DNA of 64,000 nucleotides from the human T2T-CHM13v2.0 reference genome, Homo sapiens, in assembly GCF_009914755.1 (NCBI RefSeq), contig NC_060937.1. One strand, 5' to 3'. Within the stretch, counting starts at the first letter, position 1. Each line of letters opens with the position of its first letter. This document shows positions 1-14,539 of the stretch, one piece after another. The notes beneath the pieces are model-generated. The model had not been told where the DNA came from. It saw only the letters and a program-made list of their open reading frames with translations, and did not search any database. The position numbers were made by a program, and so were the translations under genes.

Positions 1-910
1 AGGTGGCTGTAAGGATAAAATGAAATAATGTATTCAAAAGTATCTAGAGCACGATAAATATTATTGATAGGAAAGGGAGACACACTGCACCCAACATCCA
101 GTAACTTACAGTCAAGAGGAGGGAACAAAGTTATTTGTAAATAATTCTTACACGATGAACAGCTGGCCAACCAGAAGATGGCCCACCAGAAATTAAATTT
201 GGGTTCTTCTCTCACTTGAGAGAAGTTGCCAGCTTCTTCTGTTGTGTGCATCAGTGGACAAATGCACAGAAACAGACCTCCCGGGAAGAAATGATGGAGA
301 TGCTACTGGAGGGTGAGCGGTCCCTTTATCCCAGAAGAAGTGTGTAAAATAAGACTTAGTTTCCTGAGTGGCTGAGGCAAAGCCACCTCAGCTCTAGGTA
401 TAACCTGTAGCCTAAGGAGTCCAGGGTTTCCTGGGAGGCAAAACAGTGATACTCCAATAAGAGACATTGGTAAACCGAGGGTAGCACTGCAATTCAATTG
501 ACATATATATCAAGAAAGGCAGGGTCAGCAGGCTAGAGAGGAACCAGGATGGCAGTCTGGTGGGCCCAAAACATTTCTATTTAAATTATGCTATAATACT
601 ATATAAACAAAAATTGCTACAAGTAAGATTTGCCCTCACAATTATTCTCAGAAAAGAGTCACTTATAAGAAAAGTTTCTTATATTTCAGGGCATATACTC
701 AATTATATAATTGTGAACAACAACCTTTTCTCCTCTTTGTTGAAAAGAGCATTAGCCCGAAATAACCTCCTTTAATTCTAGTTTTAGGCACATATGAGTC
801 ATCTGATAGAATGAGAGCTGGAGAGAGATTAAATAAATTTTACCAATTGATCCTAGGAGGAATGGCTTCATAATAGCATGGCTTCAATATTGTTTCAAGT
901 AAGCCCTTTA

Positions 911-1315
<405 letters not shown>

Positions 1316-1329
<14 letters not shown>

Positions 1330-1814
1330 TTCATGGTTGCTGTAACAAATTACTTCAAACGCAATGGTTTAAACAACTCCGACTTATTAGTCCCCCAGTT
1401 CTGGAGCTTAGAAGTCCAAAAAGCATCTCACTGGACTAAAATCAAGGTGTCCAGAGGGCTGAGTTCCCTCTGGGGTTTCTATGGAAGAATCCCTTTTCTT
1501 GCCTTTTCCAGCTCCTAGAGGCTGTACGCTTGGCTCACGGCTGTCTCTTCCATCTTCAGAGTAGGTTGGGTCATTCTCGTATCACATTACTGTGACCTAC
1601 CCTTCGGCAGTCTCTTCCACATTTAAGAACCCCTGTGATTACATTAGATGTACCTGGATGATCCAGGATAATCTCCATATTTTAGGGTCAGCTGATTAGC
1701 AACCTTATTCCATCTGCTACCTTAATTCCCCTATGCTGTGTAACCTAACATATTCACAGGTTCTGGGGATTAGCACGTAGACATCTTTGGAGGGCCATTA
1801 TTTTTCCTACCGCG
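1316..1814 (-). mobile_element. MaLR solo LTR, MLT1C/D-like
   Basis: Resembles reverse of MLT1 consensus (gctgtaacaaattac...cagttctggag...aaaatcaaggtgtc...ggccattatttttcctacc). Confidence 0.85.
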
Positions 1815-2449
1815 TGCACCTATAAGATTAAAAAAACAAAAATGAAAGGCTCTCTCCTAACATAATGTGAATGGCTACTTGAGGCCTGGGATAAATCCCC
1901 TCTGACAGTGCCATGTGTCAAGCAACACATATTACCAGGAAGTTAATCTACTCAGAAAATTCTTAGATGACTCAAAAGTCATTTGTTAGAAATTGACCCT
2001 GATGATCAAGAAATATAAAAGTTTGGATAAAGTTGTTGCATAAATGAGAGATGAGAAAAAGCAATATTTAAAAAACAGTATGAGTAGTTCATTAAATATG
2101 TTAAGCAGATATTTGACTATTTTTGCTACACCCCTAAGGGTTATGTATTTGAGTTAGCCAAAACACTTATTTTTTAGGTATTTTTATTTAAAAGCCGGAT
2201 CCTGTGGTATTGGGGTCACCTTATATTTGAGCATATGATAAATATTTGTTTATTATAAAATTAATATAAGATCTAAATAAAAATTCAAATGGTCAGGGGG
2301 TAGATAGCAAAAAATAAAATTTTCTATTTGTCTCCTGATCCTATCCACCATTCCATCCTCTAGAAGTAACCACAGTTAACAGTTTCTTATGTGTCCTTCC
2401 AGAAATATTCTCTCCTTATAAGCCTAAGTAATCCGACTTTTGTTTATTT

Positions 2450-3170
2450 CTCTTAACACTCTTCTCCTGTCTCTGTGCTCCCGCCCCACTGCCTGGTTTT
2501 GTTCTGCATCATTCCTGAAGCCCCAGGGCCTTTGCACTTTCTGTTTCTCTTCCTGGATGGAATATTTTACCACCAAATCTTTGCATGCTCAGCTCCTCCT
2601 TGTCTTTCAGGTATCAGCTCAAAACCTCTTCTTCAGTGAGACTTTTCCTACGCCCATATACTCTCTATCAAATAATTCTGTTTGTATTAGTCAGCTCAGG
2701 CTGCCATAACAAAATACCACAGACTGAGTGGCTTACCCAACAGGAACTTATTTTTCTTACAGTTCTGGAGGCTGCAAAGTCCAAGATCAAGGTGCTGGCT
2801 AATTTGGATCCCTGGTGAAGGTTCTCATCCTGCTTGTAGATGACTGCCTTCTTGCTGTGTCCTTAAATGCCAGAGAAAGAGCAAGCTCTTTTGTATCTTT
2901 TCTTATAAGGGCACTAATCCCATCACAAGGGCCCTCATCTAACTCTGATCACCTCCCAAAGGCCCAATCTCCAAATATCATCACAGTGGGGTTAGGGCTT
3001 CAACATAGAAACTTGGGGGGACATAGTTCAGTCCATAGCACTGTTCCACTTCTCATAAACTTATTACTAGTTGAAATTAGCATCTATTTAATTGCTTGTT
3101 AATGGCACATATCCCACTATTAGAACATAAACCCCACCAGAGAAGACCTTGTCGGTCTTTCTCAATAGCC
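2450..3170 (+). mobile_element. L2 3' fragment interrupted by MLT1A LTR
   Basis: cagggcctttgcactt...tcaggtatcagctcaaa L2-like text on both sides of the LTR. Confidence 0.6.
2683..3040 (-). mobile_element. MaLR solo LTR, MLT1A-like
   Basis: TGTATTAGTC...CCATAGCA termini with perfect 5-bp TSD CTGTT (2678-2682, 3041-3045). Confidence 0.92.
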
Positions 3171-3514
3171 CCGGTCTTTGAGCCTCCATGAGCTGTCCCA
3201 GAATGGCACCAGCCCTTGAAACAAACTAGTGATTGATTTTACTGACCTATTTGCTAAAAAGACTATCTCACAATGTCTTGACTACTTATAGACTTTGCCA
3301 TGCTTTCTCCACAACAGAGTAGAAGGAATTATACCAGGATTGATTAGGTGTGGAGAGTGCCCAATGCTGGACACATTCAAGCACCAGCAGTGCTCTTCAG
3401 AGCTACGTTGCTCAACTTTACAAAGTGAAGACATTTGCGTGGCTTATGCCTCAAGGCACTGCTCATCTGGCCAGTCATGTGAAAAATGAATGTTGAGGAT
3501 CTTTCTCTGGCTGC

Positions 3515-3630
3515 AAGCCTGTATGTTGATGATGAAACAAAAGCTCAGAGAGGATGAATGACAAGCTTGAGGTCTCACCTCTAGGGACAGAAGGAATGGG
3601 GGTTGGAATCCAGGTCCCCTGGCTTCCACT
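3515..3630 (-). mobile_element. MIR fragment
   Basis: gatgatgaaacaaaagctcagagagg...ggaatccaggtc resembles MIR core. Confidence 0.55.
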
Positions 3631-4789
3631 GAAGAACATCCTCATGACAGCCCCACTGCCTCTTCTCATTTTAGTTGAATAGCCATCTAAAGCCAGCCTC
3701 TGCTCAGATGGAGCCTCCAGTAGTTTGGCATCAAAGGCCATCCTTTGCCATCAAAGGGAAATGAAACAGAAAAAAGTTCCAAATGTGTTCCCTGGTGTGG
3801 TGTGTCTGCTCATCGCCTGTGTGGCTTGGCAGAGGCAGCCTGTGTTTGGGGCTGAGAAGACCTTGTTCCCTTTACTAGTTGTGAACATGAGGTTATGGCA
3901 AGAAAAACTGAACCAAGAAAGGAGGAGAGGAGTGACTAAAGCTAGGATCATCAATCCAGCTGGTCTGTAGGGCTCATCAGAAATCCACCCTCACTCTGAA
4001 GGTCTTCCTCAATTTCCACCATTTCTGTTGAAAACACAGACACACTACTAATGTATTCATTAGAGAATACACTCTTTAAAATTGGCAAGTAAGCAAATGG
4101 CGAGCAGGCTGCATTCAGTATCAATTTGTTTTTCGGAGAGTAAAGCCTATAAAGCAGGCAAAAGACGACTTCCTCATGAGTGCTCATTTAAAATGCACAC
4201 TGAGAAGGAATGAAGCGCAGATTTAATCCAAGGTTTGGGTCATGCGTCGGGGCTTTGGGACGGCAGCACTGCCAAAGTGCCTTCAGATAAACAGACGCTG
4301 TGTCTGAAAAGCCTCCTTGGCCATTTGCATTCAGGCACAGTCATGTAAGATTCCTGAGGCCTCTGGCAGGCTCCATGGTGGAAACACCAGCAGGATTGGC
4401 TCAGGCCCGAGTCTGGGAGGAGCCAGGCGTTGAGGTCACACTCCTCCTACTGTCCCTACACATGTGGGAAGGCAGAGCTCCACTGCTGGGTGAGAACACT
4501 GCTCCTGGTTGCAGGGGCCATGGAGCACCCCACTTAGTGCTGACAGCACCCTATATCCCACATCCACTCACTCTCCACCAAGAACTTCCAAGGCCACCCC
4601 ACTGTGAACAGAGATATAAGAAAAAAATTGGTGATAGAGGTGGTGGAGGAGAGTAGAGAAGGAAGCAAAAGGAAAGCACAGTGAGTGCGGTTGGGGAGGG
4701 TGATTGGGAGTGAATGAAAAAAGGTGGAGCACACAGCGTTGATTGCTTAGTGAGCCAGATCACATCACTGGCCCCACATCATCACTTTT

Positions 4790-5550
<761 letters not shown>

Positions 5551-5679
5551 AGTTGCAGATACTAGGATGAAATCACTTTTGTCAGACCCAGGCAAAATAG
5601 AGCTGGAAGGCCAGATGGAGAGGAGGCTCATGCTTATGTGTCTGGGATAAGAACTATTTCCAGTGACTTTCTAAAAACC

Positions 5680-6033
5680 TTTGGAGTCCTTCATGCATCT
5701 CCTGCTTTGATAAGGTTCATCACCAGACATTCTTTAGAACTGCGGTAATTCACATAACATGTTCTTGAAAGAACATTTGCTCGGTAATGACATCTCCACC
5801 AATGAATTGACAAGAACTCTGGCTTCAAACCTCTGGAACCAATGAACTCTGTTTCTAAGCATCTTGTGTAAATCTGTTTTTTTGCTAATAAAAGTCCCCT
5901 TACCCTTCCCTCACTGAATGCATTGGTGGCTTGCCATTTCTTGCATTCCAGATTATAGTCTTATCTCTATTCCTGAGTTAACCCAGCATATTTAGAGATA
6001 ATTTTCTCTGGTGTCTTTTTTATGTAGTTAACT
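5680..6033 (+). mobile_element. ERV1-class LTR fragment (subfamily not assigned)
   Basis: Two CCAAT motifs, AATAAA, and a 3' end ttgcattccagatt...tttagagata...tagttaac resembling ERV1 LTR U5. Confidence 0.5.
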
Positions 6034-6034
6034 G

Positions 6035-6540
6035 ATATACTTGCCTAACAGCCACACACCTTTCTTTCTTGTGACATAATCCTGTTTTTTTTTTAATGAT
6101 GGCAATGTTACCATTTGCCAGATAATTTCTCTCTTAGGTTTTCTTTCAGCTTCGGATGACCACAGAATCTAGTTTTGGCCAAGGAGAAATAAAAGGAAAT
6201 CTTATTTCTGGAAAAGATTTTCCTCCCTGATCCAAAAGCAAAGTCCTTTTCTGCCCATCCCTTTCTTTTCTGCCTGGGCACTGGCATGACTACATAATGC
6301 CTGGAACTGTGGAAGCCATCCAGTCACCATGAAATCACAGGTTCAGAGATGAAGGATTTGCACACTGCAGGTGCCCAGACAGAAGGATGAGAAAAGCCTG
6401 AGTTCTTGATCACATCGTTGAGCAGCAGACAAATCCTGGGGCCACCTACATCCAGCCTCTCAACTAGGAAACAAGAATTATCTTTATGGTTTTAACCACT
6501 GTCTGTTAGATTTTCTGTTGTGGCAGAAAAATGAATTCTT
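6035..6540 (+). mobile_element. MaLR LTR, MLT1J/K-like
   Basis: gcctggaactgtggaagccatc...gttttaaccactg...ttttctgtt. Confidence 0.65.
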
Positions 6541-6619
6541 CAGTGGCAAGGGACATGATGAAGGTGGAGGAGAGAATGTGGGTGATAAGTCAGGATGTGA
6601 GTCATAGAGCAGTGAAATG

Positions 6620-6770
6620 AATGTTGTACTGAGAATTAGGAGACCTTTTCCTAATTAGTAGTGTAACCCTGAGTAATTCGCACAACTCTCTTGGCTGCAA
6701 TGTCTTCTTCTGAGAGAAGAAGGCACGTACCTGGATGATCTCTAAGGTTTTTACAGTTCTAACATTGATT
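6620..6770 (+). mobile_element. MIR/MIR3 fragment
   Basis: gtgtaaccctgagtaa...ctggatgatctctaaggtt...cagttctaacatt. Confidence 0.55.
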
Positions 6771-7930
6771 CTGAACTTACAACAAGGGCTCTGGGTGCCA
6801 TAGCTGGGCAAATATTCACAGAGGATTTTGGGGAACTATTAATTACGTTCAAGGAAAAGATTGAGAATGGTGGTTTTATAGCAAATGCTTAGGTCTGGGC
6901 TTGCAGATAATGAGTTTCTTTTTCATTTTTGAGTTTGTGCCTCATGTAAGTGTTACCTGCTCTAGGGTACTTCCATGAGAGTGCTCATTAGATGCCTCAT
7001 TTACAAAAAACGATTTGCATGCGAGGGGCAAATGCTTCCTCTTTAGCAGCAGGTGTTGTGGGAGGGAGAGAAACATGCTGGCTAATGCCTTGTCATCCAA
7101 ATTCACAGAAATTTCTGGTATCCTGGGCAGGTTTAAACCATTCTAGGGAGAGAACGAAGGGAACACATCTGAATAAATTAGTCTATTTAGTTTTTGGTTC
7201 TGCAGAATAGAGCCTTGGCAGGATCCCAGAGATGCATCAGCAGGGGAAAAATCACGTTATTTTCTGTTCTAGCCAACAGCATTTTCCTGCCCGGACTGTG
7301 CAAAATGAACTTGCTTAGCTTTGCAGCCTTCTCCAGCTGCTGCTGTTTCTCTCTGGCCTTCTGGTCACATACGGCCCTGGCTCAGTTAGGTTTATTCAAT
7401 GCTATCATTTTTCTCCCATACCATTTTTCTTTCATCTCTCTTTGTGCTTCACCACAATGATATTCATTAAGCTCTTTTTCTTCCCTTTCCTCCTAACTTC
7501 TATTCTCTCTTCTTTATCATCCCACCTCCCTTTCTCCATCATCTGCTACATTGTGAAAGCATTCTTTGACATTTGCACATCAATATTCCTAAAATCTACC
7601 AAGAATTCTGGGGAACACGATTGCTCTGAGGGGGTCACAATTGTCTGATGTAATCATACAAAAGTATTTTTTACCAGCTACTATTTGCTGTTCAAAGAGA
7701 AGTTCAAAGCTAGGATCCTGGCATGTTGGATAAAAGTGGAATTTGGAAGAAGGGCTAATCCTAGAGCAGAACCAGGGCAGGGCATTGGAGACCCCTTGAA
7801 CATGTGAACTACATTTACTCGTAGACATGTTTTACATTTACCAAAGATGACTGCCAAATTCCAGGACACTGAGCTTAAGACTATAAAGGGAGACAAACCA
7901 CCAAATGCACACCCTTGTCATAGATGGAGC

Positions 7931-8229
7931 TTTTTTTTTTTTTTTTTTGAGACAAAGTTTCACTCTTGTTGCCCAGGCTGGAGTGCAATGGCACGATCTT
8001 GGCTCGCTGCAACCTCCGCCTCCTGGGTTCAAGCAATTCTTCGTGCCTCAGCCTCCCAAGTAGCTGGGATTACAGGCATGCACCACCATGCCTGGCTATG
8101 TTTGTATTTTTACCGGAGACTGGGTTTCACCATGTTGGCCAGGCTGGTTTCGAACTCCTGACCTCAGGGGATACACCTACCTTGGCCTCCCAAAGTGTTG
8201 ATTACAGGCACGAGCCACCGCGCCTGGCC
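7931..8229 (-). mobile_element. Alu SINE, AluSp/Sq-type
   Basis: T18 tail, tttcactcttgttgcccaggctggagtgcaatgg, TSD gatggagcttt. Confidence 0.97.
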
Positions 8230-8765
8230 CTGGATGGAGCTTTCATAGAGGAGGAGCAGATGGAGTTGTCAAGGCAAAAATGTCCACTTTCAGCCACGTT
8301 TGCCCTAGGAGATATCAAAATCAACATTGTGTCTCCTCCTAACCCATTCTAAGCAGCTGAAATGGACCCAAACACAAAACCCCTACAGGCCCAACCAAAG
8401 ACTCTTGCTTGACCAATGAATGACTGGATTTGTTTGAGCCAACTGGGTTCAGGCCTTTGGGTTCACTGGGGCCACCTGCAATGCTGGTGTTCAAACCCTA
8501 ATCTGTGAGCCCTCATTTTCTAGATTGAAAAATCCCTAACTTTCCCCCTCTCTGCTAACTATTCAGTGAATTTCTTTACTAGTGTGTGCTTCCTTGCCTG
8601 GAAAGTTAACAAACTTGGTTTTGTGGTTTTTATTTATTTTATACCTCTGGTGGCCTATGTTTTATTATTTTTCAGAATGCAGGCTGTCGGGGAGCCAACT
8701 ATCACTTAACATCTGGCAGCAGCACAGAAAAAATTCTGAACATTAAGACCAACTGAAAGAAAGCC

Positions 8766-8850
8766 CCAAACCAAACCAAACCAAACACAACCAAAGCAAA
8801 CAAAACAAAAAACATAAACCAGTAACAGCAGCACCAACAACATAATAACA
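8766..8850. repeat. (CAAAC/CAAAA)n low-complexity tract
   Basis: Degenerate pentamer array read directly. Confidence 0.8.
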
Positions 8851-9061
8851 GCAAATCTCACTCATCAGACCACCTTGCTGGGAAATGCTACCCAAAATAA
8901 TTTCCTGACTCAGGTCATTTAAACTTGGAGTTGATTTCAACTGGACTAAGCCAATTTCAATAGTGGTCTAGATTTGAATACTGCTTCTAGATGTTTGTGT
9001 GACCTCCTTGTTTGGTTTAGCATTCAAAGTCTAGTAGACTGATAAAGAACCAAGGCCATAG

Positions 9062-9407
<346 letters not shown>

Positions 9408-10368
9408 GAACCAAGGCCATAAAGTTGACAAAAATCACTTGTCTGTTACTTTTGAATTATTCATCATGTGTGCAGCACAATCTGGTGAACTTAGGTGGAA
9501 GCTGTGCATGTTTGATTTTGTTCTATGAAACATGGATTTGCTCAGAAGAATCCTCCCAGAAGTTTAGTTCACTTTGGTTTGTGGTATTATTAAAGGAACC
9601 CAGGAGATTTTCAGTTCTAACTGGTGCTTCTGCAGCACAACTTTCAAATCCTGGGAATTCTGAATCCTGTACGTAGTTCCTCACTGAAAGAAACGTCCAG
9701 CACTTTCCCCATAAGTGTACTTTCCTCTTACATCAAGATGCTGTTATGATTTGCTTTCCCCCTCACGGCAAATTACTAATGTACTTCATATTTGAAAAGG
9801 GAGTTTGCTGAAAATGTAGCAGAATCTATTTGATGTACATCTTGCTGTAGCCTTAAAGTATTACAACCCAATCTTGTTTCTGCCTCTGGCTGTTCTGATC
9901 TTTAAAAGATTTTGGTTTTTAATACAAAGTACATGATGATTTGCATGTACTGAATAAGATTGTGATCCAATGTCTTTGATGGTGGCCTTCCCTTTTATTG
10001 CTATCTTCAAGTAAGGTTTATTCAGTGCCTACTGTTCAGGGCTTTATCCTGGGAATATACAAAACGATGTTTGAGTATCTTGCCTCTGCCTTCTAGGAGT
10101 TCAACTTAAGCCATCTTACTTCTTCCCTCCCTCAAACGTTTTTAACAGGCAGAAAAATGAACATAAGAGGAATTCTTCAATAATTTAAGAGACAGGCCAG
10201 AACAAAGGCTCCTCCAAAGAATGAATGTTTAATGGCATGTTTCCAGAATGTAGGCTGCAGGAGAATGTGCACCCGGGGTGGGAGTAGATCAAAGGAAGGA
10301 GGTTAAATTATGGTTTATTTCTCATCCTTTTGTAGAACTCTTTCTGCAAGACATAGTTTCTTGGAGGA

Positions 10369-10859
10369 TGTACCAGTTATCAATTGCTGTATAACAAGCC
10401 ACCCTAAAACTGAGTGGCTTAAAAAGCACAGTGATTTATTATCTCTAAGGATCCTTGGGCTGGAAATCTGGGTGGTTCTGTTACTTGTCTTGCCTGGGCT
10501 CACTTACTGGCTGTCGTCACCTGGGAGTTTGGGGCTGAGGGTCTAAGATGGTATCACTTACTGTCAGCAGATGGTGCTGACTGTGAGATGGGGTGTCTCT
10601 GTTCTTTTTCACACAGTCTCTTATCTTCCAATAGACCAGAATGGACTTCTTCACAGCATGGTGGTCTCAGGGTCCTAAGACCTAGCCTCTAGAACTTGCA
10701 TGGTGCTACTTCTGCTACATTCTATTGGTCCAAGTGGGTTTCAAGGACCTTCCAGATTCAAGAGGTGGAGAAATAGACTCCATCTTTTAATGGAAGGATC
10801 AAAGGGACATAGACCCAGAAAGCCATGATTCACTGTCATTATTATAACAATCTGTCACA
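10369..10859 (-). mobile_element. MaLR solo LTR, MLT1F/G-like
   Basis: TG...CA termini; ttgctgtataacaagccaccctaaaac...ttctattggtc...gaggtggagaaatagactccatct. Confidence 0.85.
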
Positions 10860-13104
10860 ACAGAACAGGGGTCAGATGAATGGGGATGAGGGGAGGGCTA
10901 GAAGATGGGGGGACAATAATCTAAGAACTGAAGACAGAGACTTCCTTTAGAATCTTTGTTCCTGTCTGCAATTATAGGATTTTCATGTGTCAGCAAAGGA
11001 TAGGTTGTCTCTAGTTATTTGTTTCTGGGGAAATAGGCTCAAAGGGATGTATTAGTGAAGGAAAAATAATCAATGCTAGCAATTTTATTAATGTTTGGCA
11101 CTTGGGGAAAATATGTAAAATGGAAAAGCAGAACAAATAAGAATACCAAAGAGATGTGGGGAGGTTATGTACCCAGATGCAAGTACACTAAAACAGAAGA
11201 TTTTATCAGGAAATTATATATACATTATATGCTATATGTATATATTTAGCATACACATGAAATTCTTTCTTCTATAAGATAAAGTCAACTTAGGGTTGAA
11301 GCTTTTAAAGGTGGTTTTCCTTTTTATAGCCCTGCAATTTAGGCAGGCCATCACAGGGCAAAAGACATGTGGGTCCTTTTATTCAAGTCTCTTAGAGTCA
11401 CATTCATGAATTTCTTATACATAGTCAGGAAACATGTAACCCTTTATTAAAGGAATTTAACCTAAAATCCACTATAAACTCGTTTTTTTAAACGTGACTT
11501 TTAGAAAAAATTCTCGTAGCACATTGTATACCTTTCTCATCAATCTTAAACTTTTCCTTATTCATTTTCTCTGAATCTAAAATCAATAGTCTTTCCAAGC
11601 AGTTTCTGTCTTAGCAGCTACTATCATTTGTCTGTTGAAGCCACAAGAATACTTCAGTCTTCCTTCCGAGGTTAGTGGACTTCATTAAAGAAATAGCTTT
11701 AGTTTTCTTTCCAGCATGCCATGTCTCTATTTTCTTTATCATGCGGAAGTGAAAAAATGTCAAATAAAAGAGGAAAGAAGTCACAGAGATCATAGTTGTG
11801 TCTTTATCCACTGCTAGTTGACCCTTGAATTTATTTTTGCAGAACTTCCTCATCTTTTCCTCCTTTTAATTGATTTCTCTAACCAGAGCTAGTATGAGTC
11901 TGAATGAAACATAGGCAGCTTACATTTTCTCCATCCGTCATAATCGATAACCACTTCCTTATAAGCTGTCGTAACTTCAGGCTTCTATGGCAACTTTCTT
12001 GGTGGACCTACAAGAATTTTTAACAGTTTGAAAACCAATCTTAAAGGTTAGAAAGGGTGACTCACACCACTTTTATTGTATAAATGCCTTCTTTATTCCT
12101 TGAGCCAGGACAACTCAAGTAAATCAGGAAATAGGCAAGAAAACAAAAATCACTCATTTGGAGATGATTACTCTGAAATATATGTCTTAACTATGCCCCA
12201 CGCTGAGACATCTTTTTGAAAAGTGTTCTAGTTAGTTCTAAATGAACTTACCTAATTCTCTTTCCTCCACAGCCCTCAGATAACACAAGCAATGGCCCTT
12301 CTCACTCACCAACTCAAGCAACGGTGCATCTCCACCTGGTATTGTGGTGTGGCAGGTCTATGTGGCAAGGGTTTTGTCTCCGTACTCTGGGTGAAGGTGT
12401 TGAAGATGATCCTGAGGCCTCAGTTCTCTGGAGGGAGTCTTGCGGGTAGTTAACTTCTGCTGAATCTCAGTATAGCAGTGCAAGGTCAAAACCCAAAATG
12501 CGCTCAATCTTGAGTTGTTGAAGTTGGATAAAAAGTGAAGTCATTATTGGGCATGACATCTGGTGTTTCAGTCCCAAGGCCACAAGCAGAATGTTACAAT
12601 CTCTGAAGCTTAATGATTTTGCATTTCATGTAGCAGCTTAAGTTTTTCACAGCCTGAACTCAATTAATTTTCACAGCCCACTGTGGAGGTGGAGAGGGAA
12701 GTGCCATATATTTTTGCAGTAGGTGTGATAACCTGTCATTGATCACTCATTTGATGAACACCAAAACTTTGCCTGCACTTCTGGGAGGACAAAGAAGCCT
12801 CCTAACTGTCTGGTCTGTGGATCAGGTGCCGCAGGTCCTCTGCTCTAGACTATCAATCTTTTCAGCTGGTCATTTGGAGGGCATTACAGGGCAAACCATG
12901 CGCAGTTGAGACCAATTGCCTGTGCCCATGGGCAGAACTGTCTGTTGATGGGCAGAAAGGACAGCTCTAGATAACAAGCATGTGAACAACACCCCCTGGT
13001 GTTGGTGAGGATGGATCAGCAGGCATAGACATAAACTGCTGTCAGGGCTGTAACAGGAGCAGGCTTTCCTACCAACAGTGCTCAGGCAATGGAGTATCAG
13101 TGTG

Positions 13105-13950
13105 GTGATATATCATTATTCTAATTGGCTGTTTGGGTTTCATTGTATGGGTATGCTATAATTTATTTAATCAACATTTAAGTTGTTTCCAATTTTTCAC
13201 CATTACAAAAATGCTTAATGACCAGACTTGTATATCTTTCTCTGTCACCTTGACCCATTATGGCTTCGGGGGAAAAAAAATCCCACGAATGGAATTGTTG
13301 ATTCAAACTTTAAAATACTAATACATAGGGTCAAGTGACCATCTAAAAAGTTGTGTGCTAAGATTATAAATCAATTACCTAAGTTTTATTTCAGTACTTT
13401 AATAAAAATGTATATTTTTATGTCTAGGTATTTGCTCCTTCTGAAGCTTAATTTGGGCATAGAGATTTGTTATTTCTATTTTTTCCAAATGATTAGTCAG
13501 TTTATCCAACCCATTTTGTTGATAGTCCACCTTGATCATATATCAAGTTCTCACACACACATGAGTCTGTTTCTGAATTATGGATTCTGTGCTATTGGGC
13601 TTTCTGTTATTATATAATGGTTTAATGTTTATACTTGTATGCTTATAATATCCAATAGGACAAATGCTCTCTCATTATTTTGCCTGGCTATTTATGCATG
13701 CTTATTCATTCAGAAGAAATTTGAAATAAATTTTTTCCATAACAAAGAAAAAAGTCCCAAATGATTTTTGATTTGGATTTGCATTAAATTTAGTTTTATT
13801 TCAAAGAATTGTTATTTTTACAATATATAGTACATGTTAAAAAAGAGGATGTAGTTTTCCCTGCAGTCAAACATCTTATGTTTCTCAATAGAATTTTCTT
13901 ATTTTCTTCACATGTCATGCACATGACTTATTAAACTGTATTCCTAGCAG
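13105..13950 (-). mobile_element. Ancient L1M (L1ME-like) fragments
   Basis: T-rich antisense L1 text (cattgtatgggtat...gttgtttccaattttt...ttggatttgcattaaattt...tattcctag). Confidence 0.65.
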
Positions 13951-14425
13951 TTATATATATATAAAACTATATATTATATTTATACATATGTGTTATAAAT
14001 GTATTCCTAGGAGTTATGCATATATATAAAATACAGTTACACATATAGCTCTATATAGATAATATTTACAGATAGATAACATATATAGTAATATATAGAT
14101 AATATTTACAGATAGATAACATATATAGTAATATATAGATAATATTTACAGATAGATAACATATATAGTAGTATGTTATATATTTATATATGTTATAGCT
14201 GTATTCCTGTATATATGTTATAACAACTGTACATATGTTATAACTATATTCCTAGGAGTTATATATAATATATAAACTATTATACATAAAATATATATGT
14301 AGCTCTATATATAGAAATATATATATATAAAACTATATGTAATATATATAACTCCTAGGAGTACAGTTATAACATATATATAATATTTATATGTATAAGT
14401 TATACATATATTACATATATTATCT
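13950..14425. repeat. TA-rich complex repeat with a 40-bp x3 tandem array (14052-14170) and a 35-bp inverted repeat
   Basis: Unit tatatagataatatttacagatagataacatatatagtaa; inverted arms 14233-14267 and 14343-14377 (33/35 match). Confidence 0.92.
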
Positions 14426-14427
14426 AT

Positions 14428-14539
14428 TTGGTAGAGATGGGGTTGCCCAGGCTGGTCTCAAACTCCTGAGCTCAAGCAGTTCTCCTACTTTGGCCTCCTA
14501 AAGTGTTGGGATTACAGGCATGAGGCACCATGCCTGGCC
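14428..14539 (-). mobile_element. Alu left monomer (FLAM/AluJ fragment)
   Basis: gtagagatggggttgcccaggctggtctcaaactcctgagctcaagc...tgcctggcc. Confidence 0.9.

Noticed and set aside
795-801. Isolated AP-1 sites TGA(G/C)TCA here and elsewhere
   Set aside because: 7-mers are expected several times by chance; no clustering
8330-8670. Possible additional old LTR between two Alus
   Set aside because: LTR-like flavour, but I could not identify termini, TSD or family
14052-14170. 40-bp and 33-bp (42261) repeats as CRISPR-like arrays
   Set aside because: Head-to-tail units without unique spacers, no cas genes, eukaryotic context
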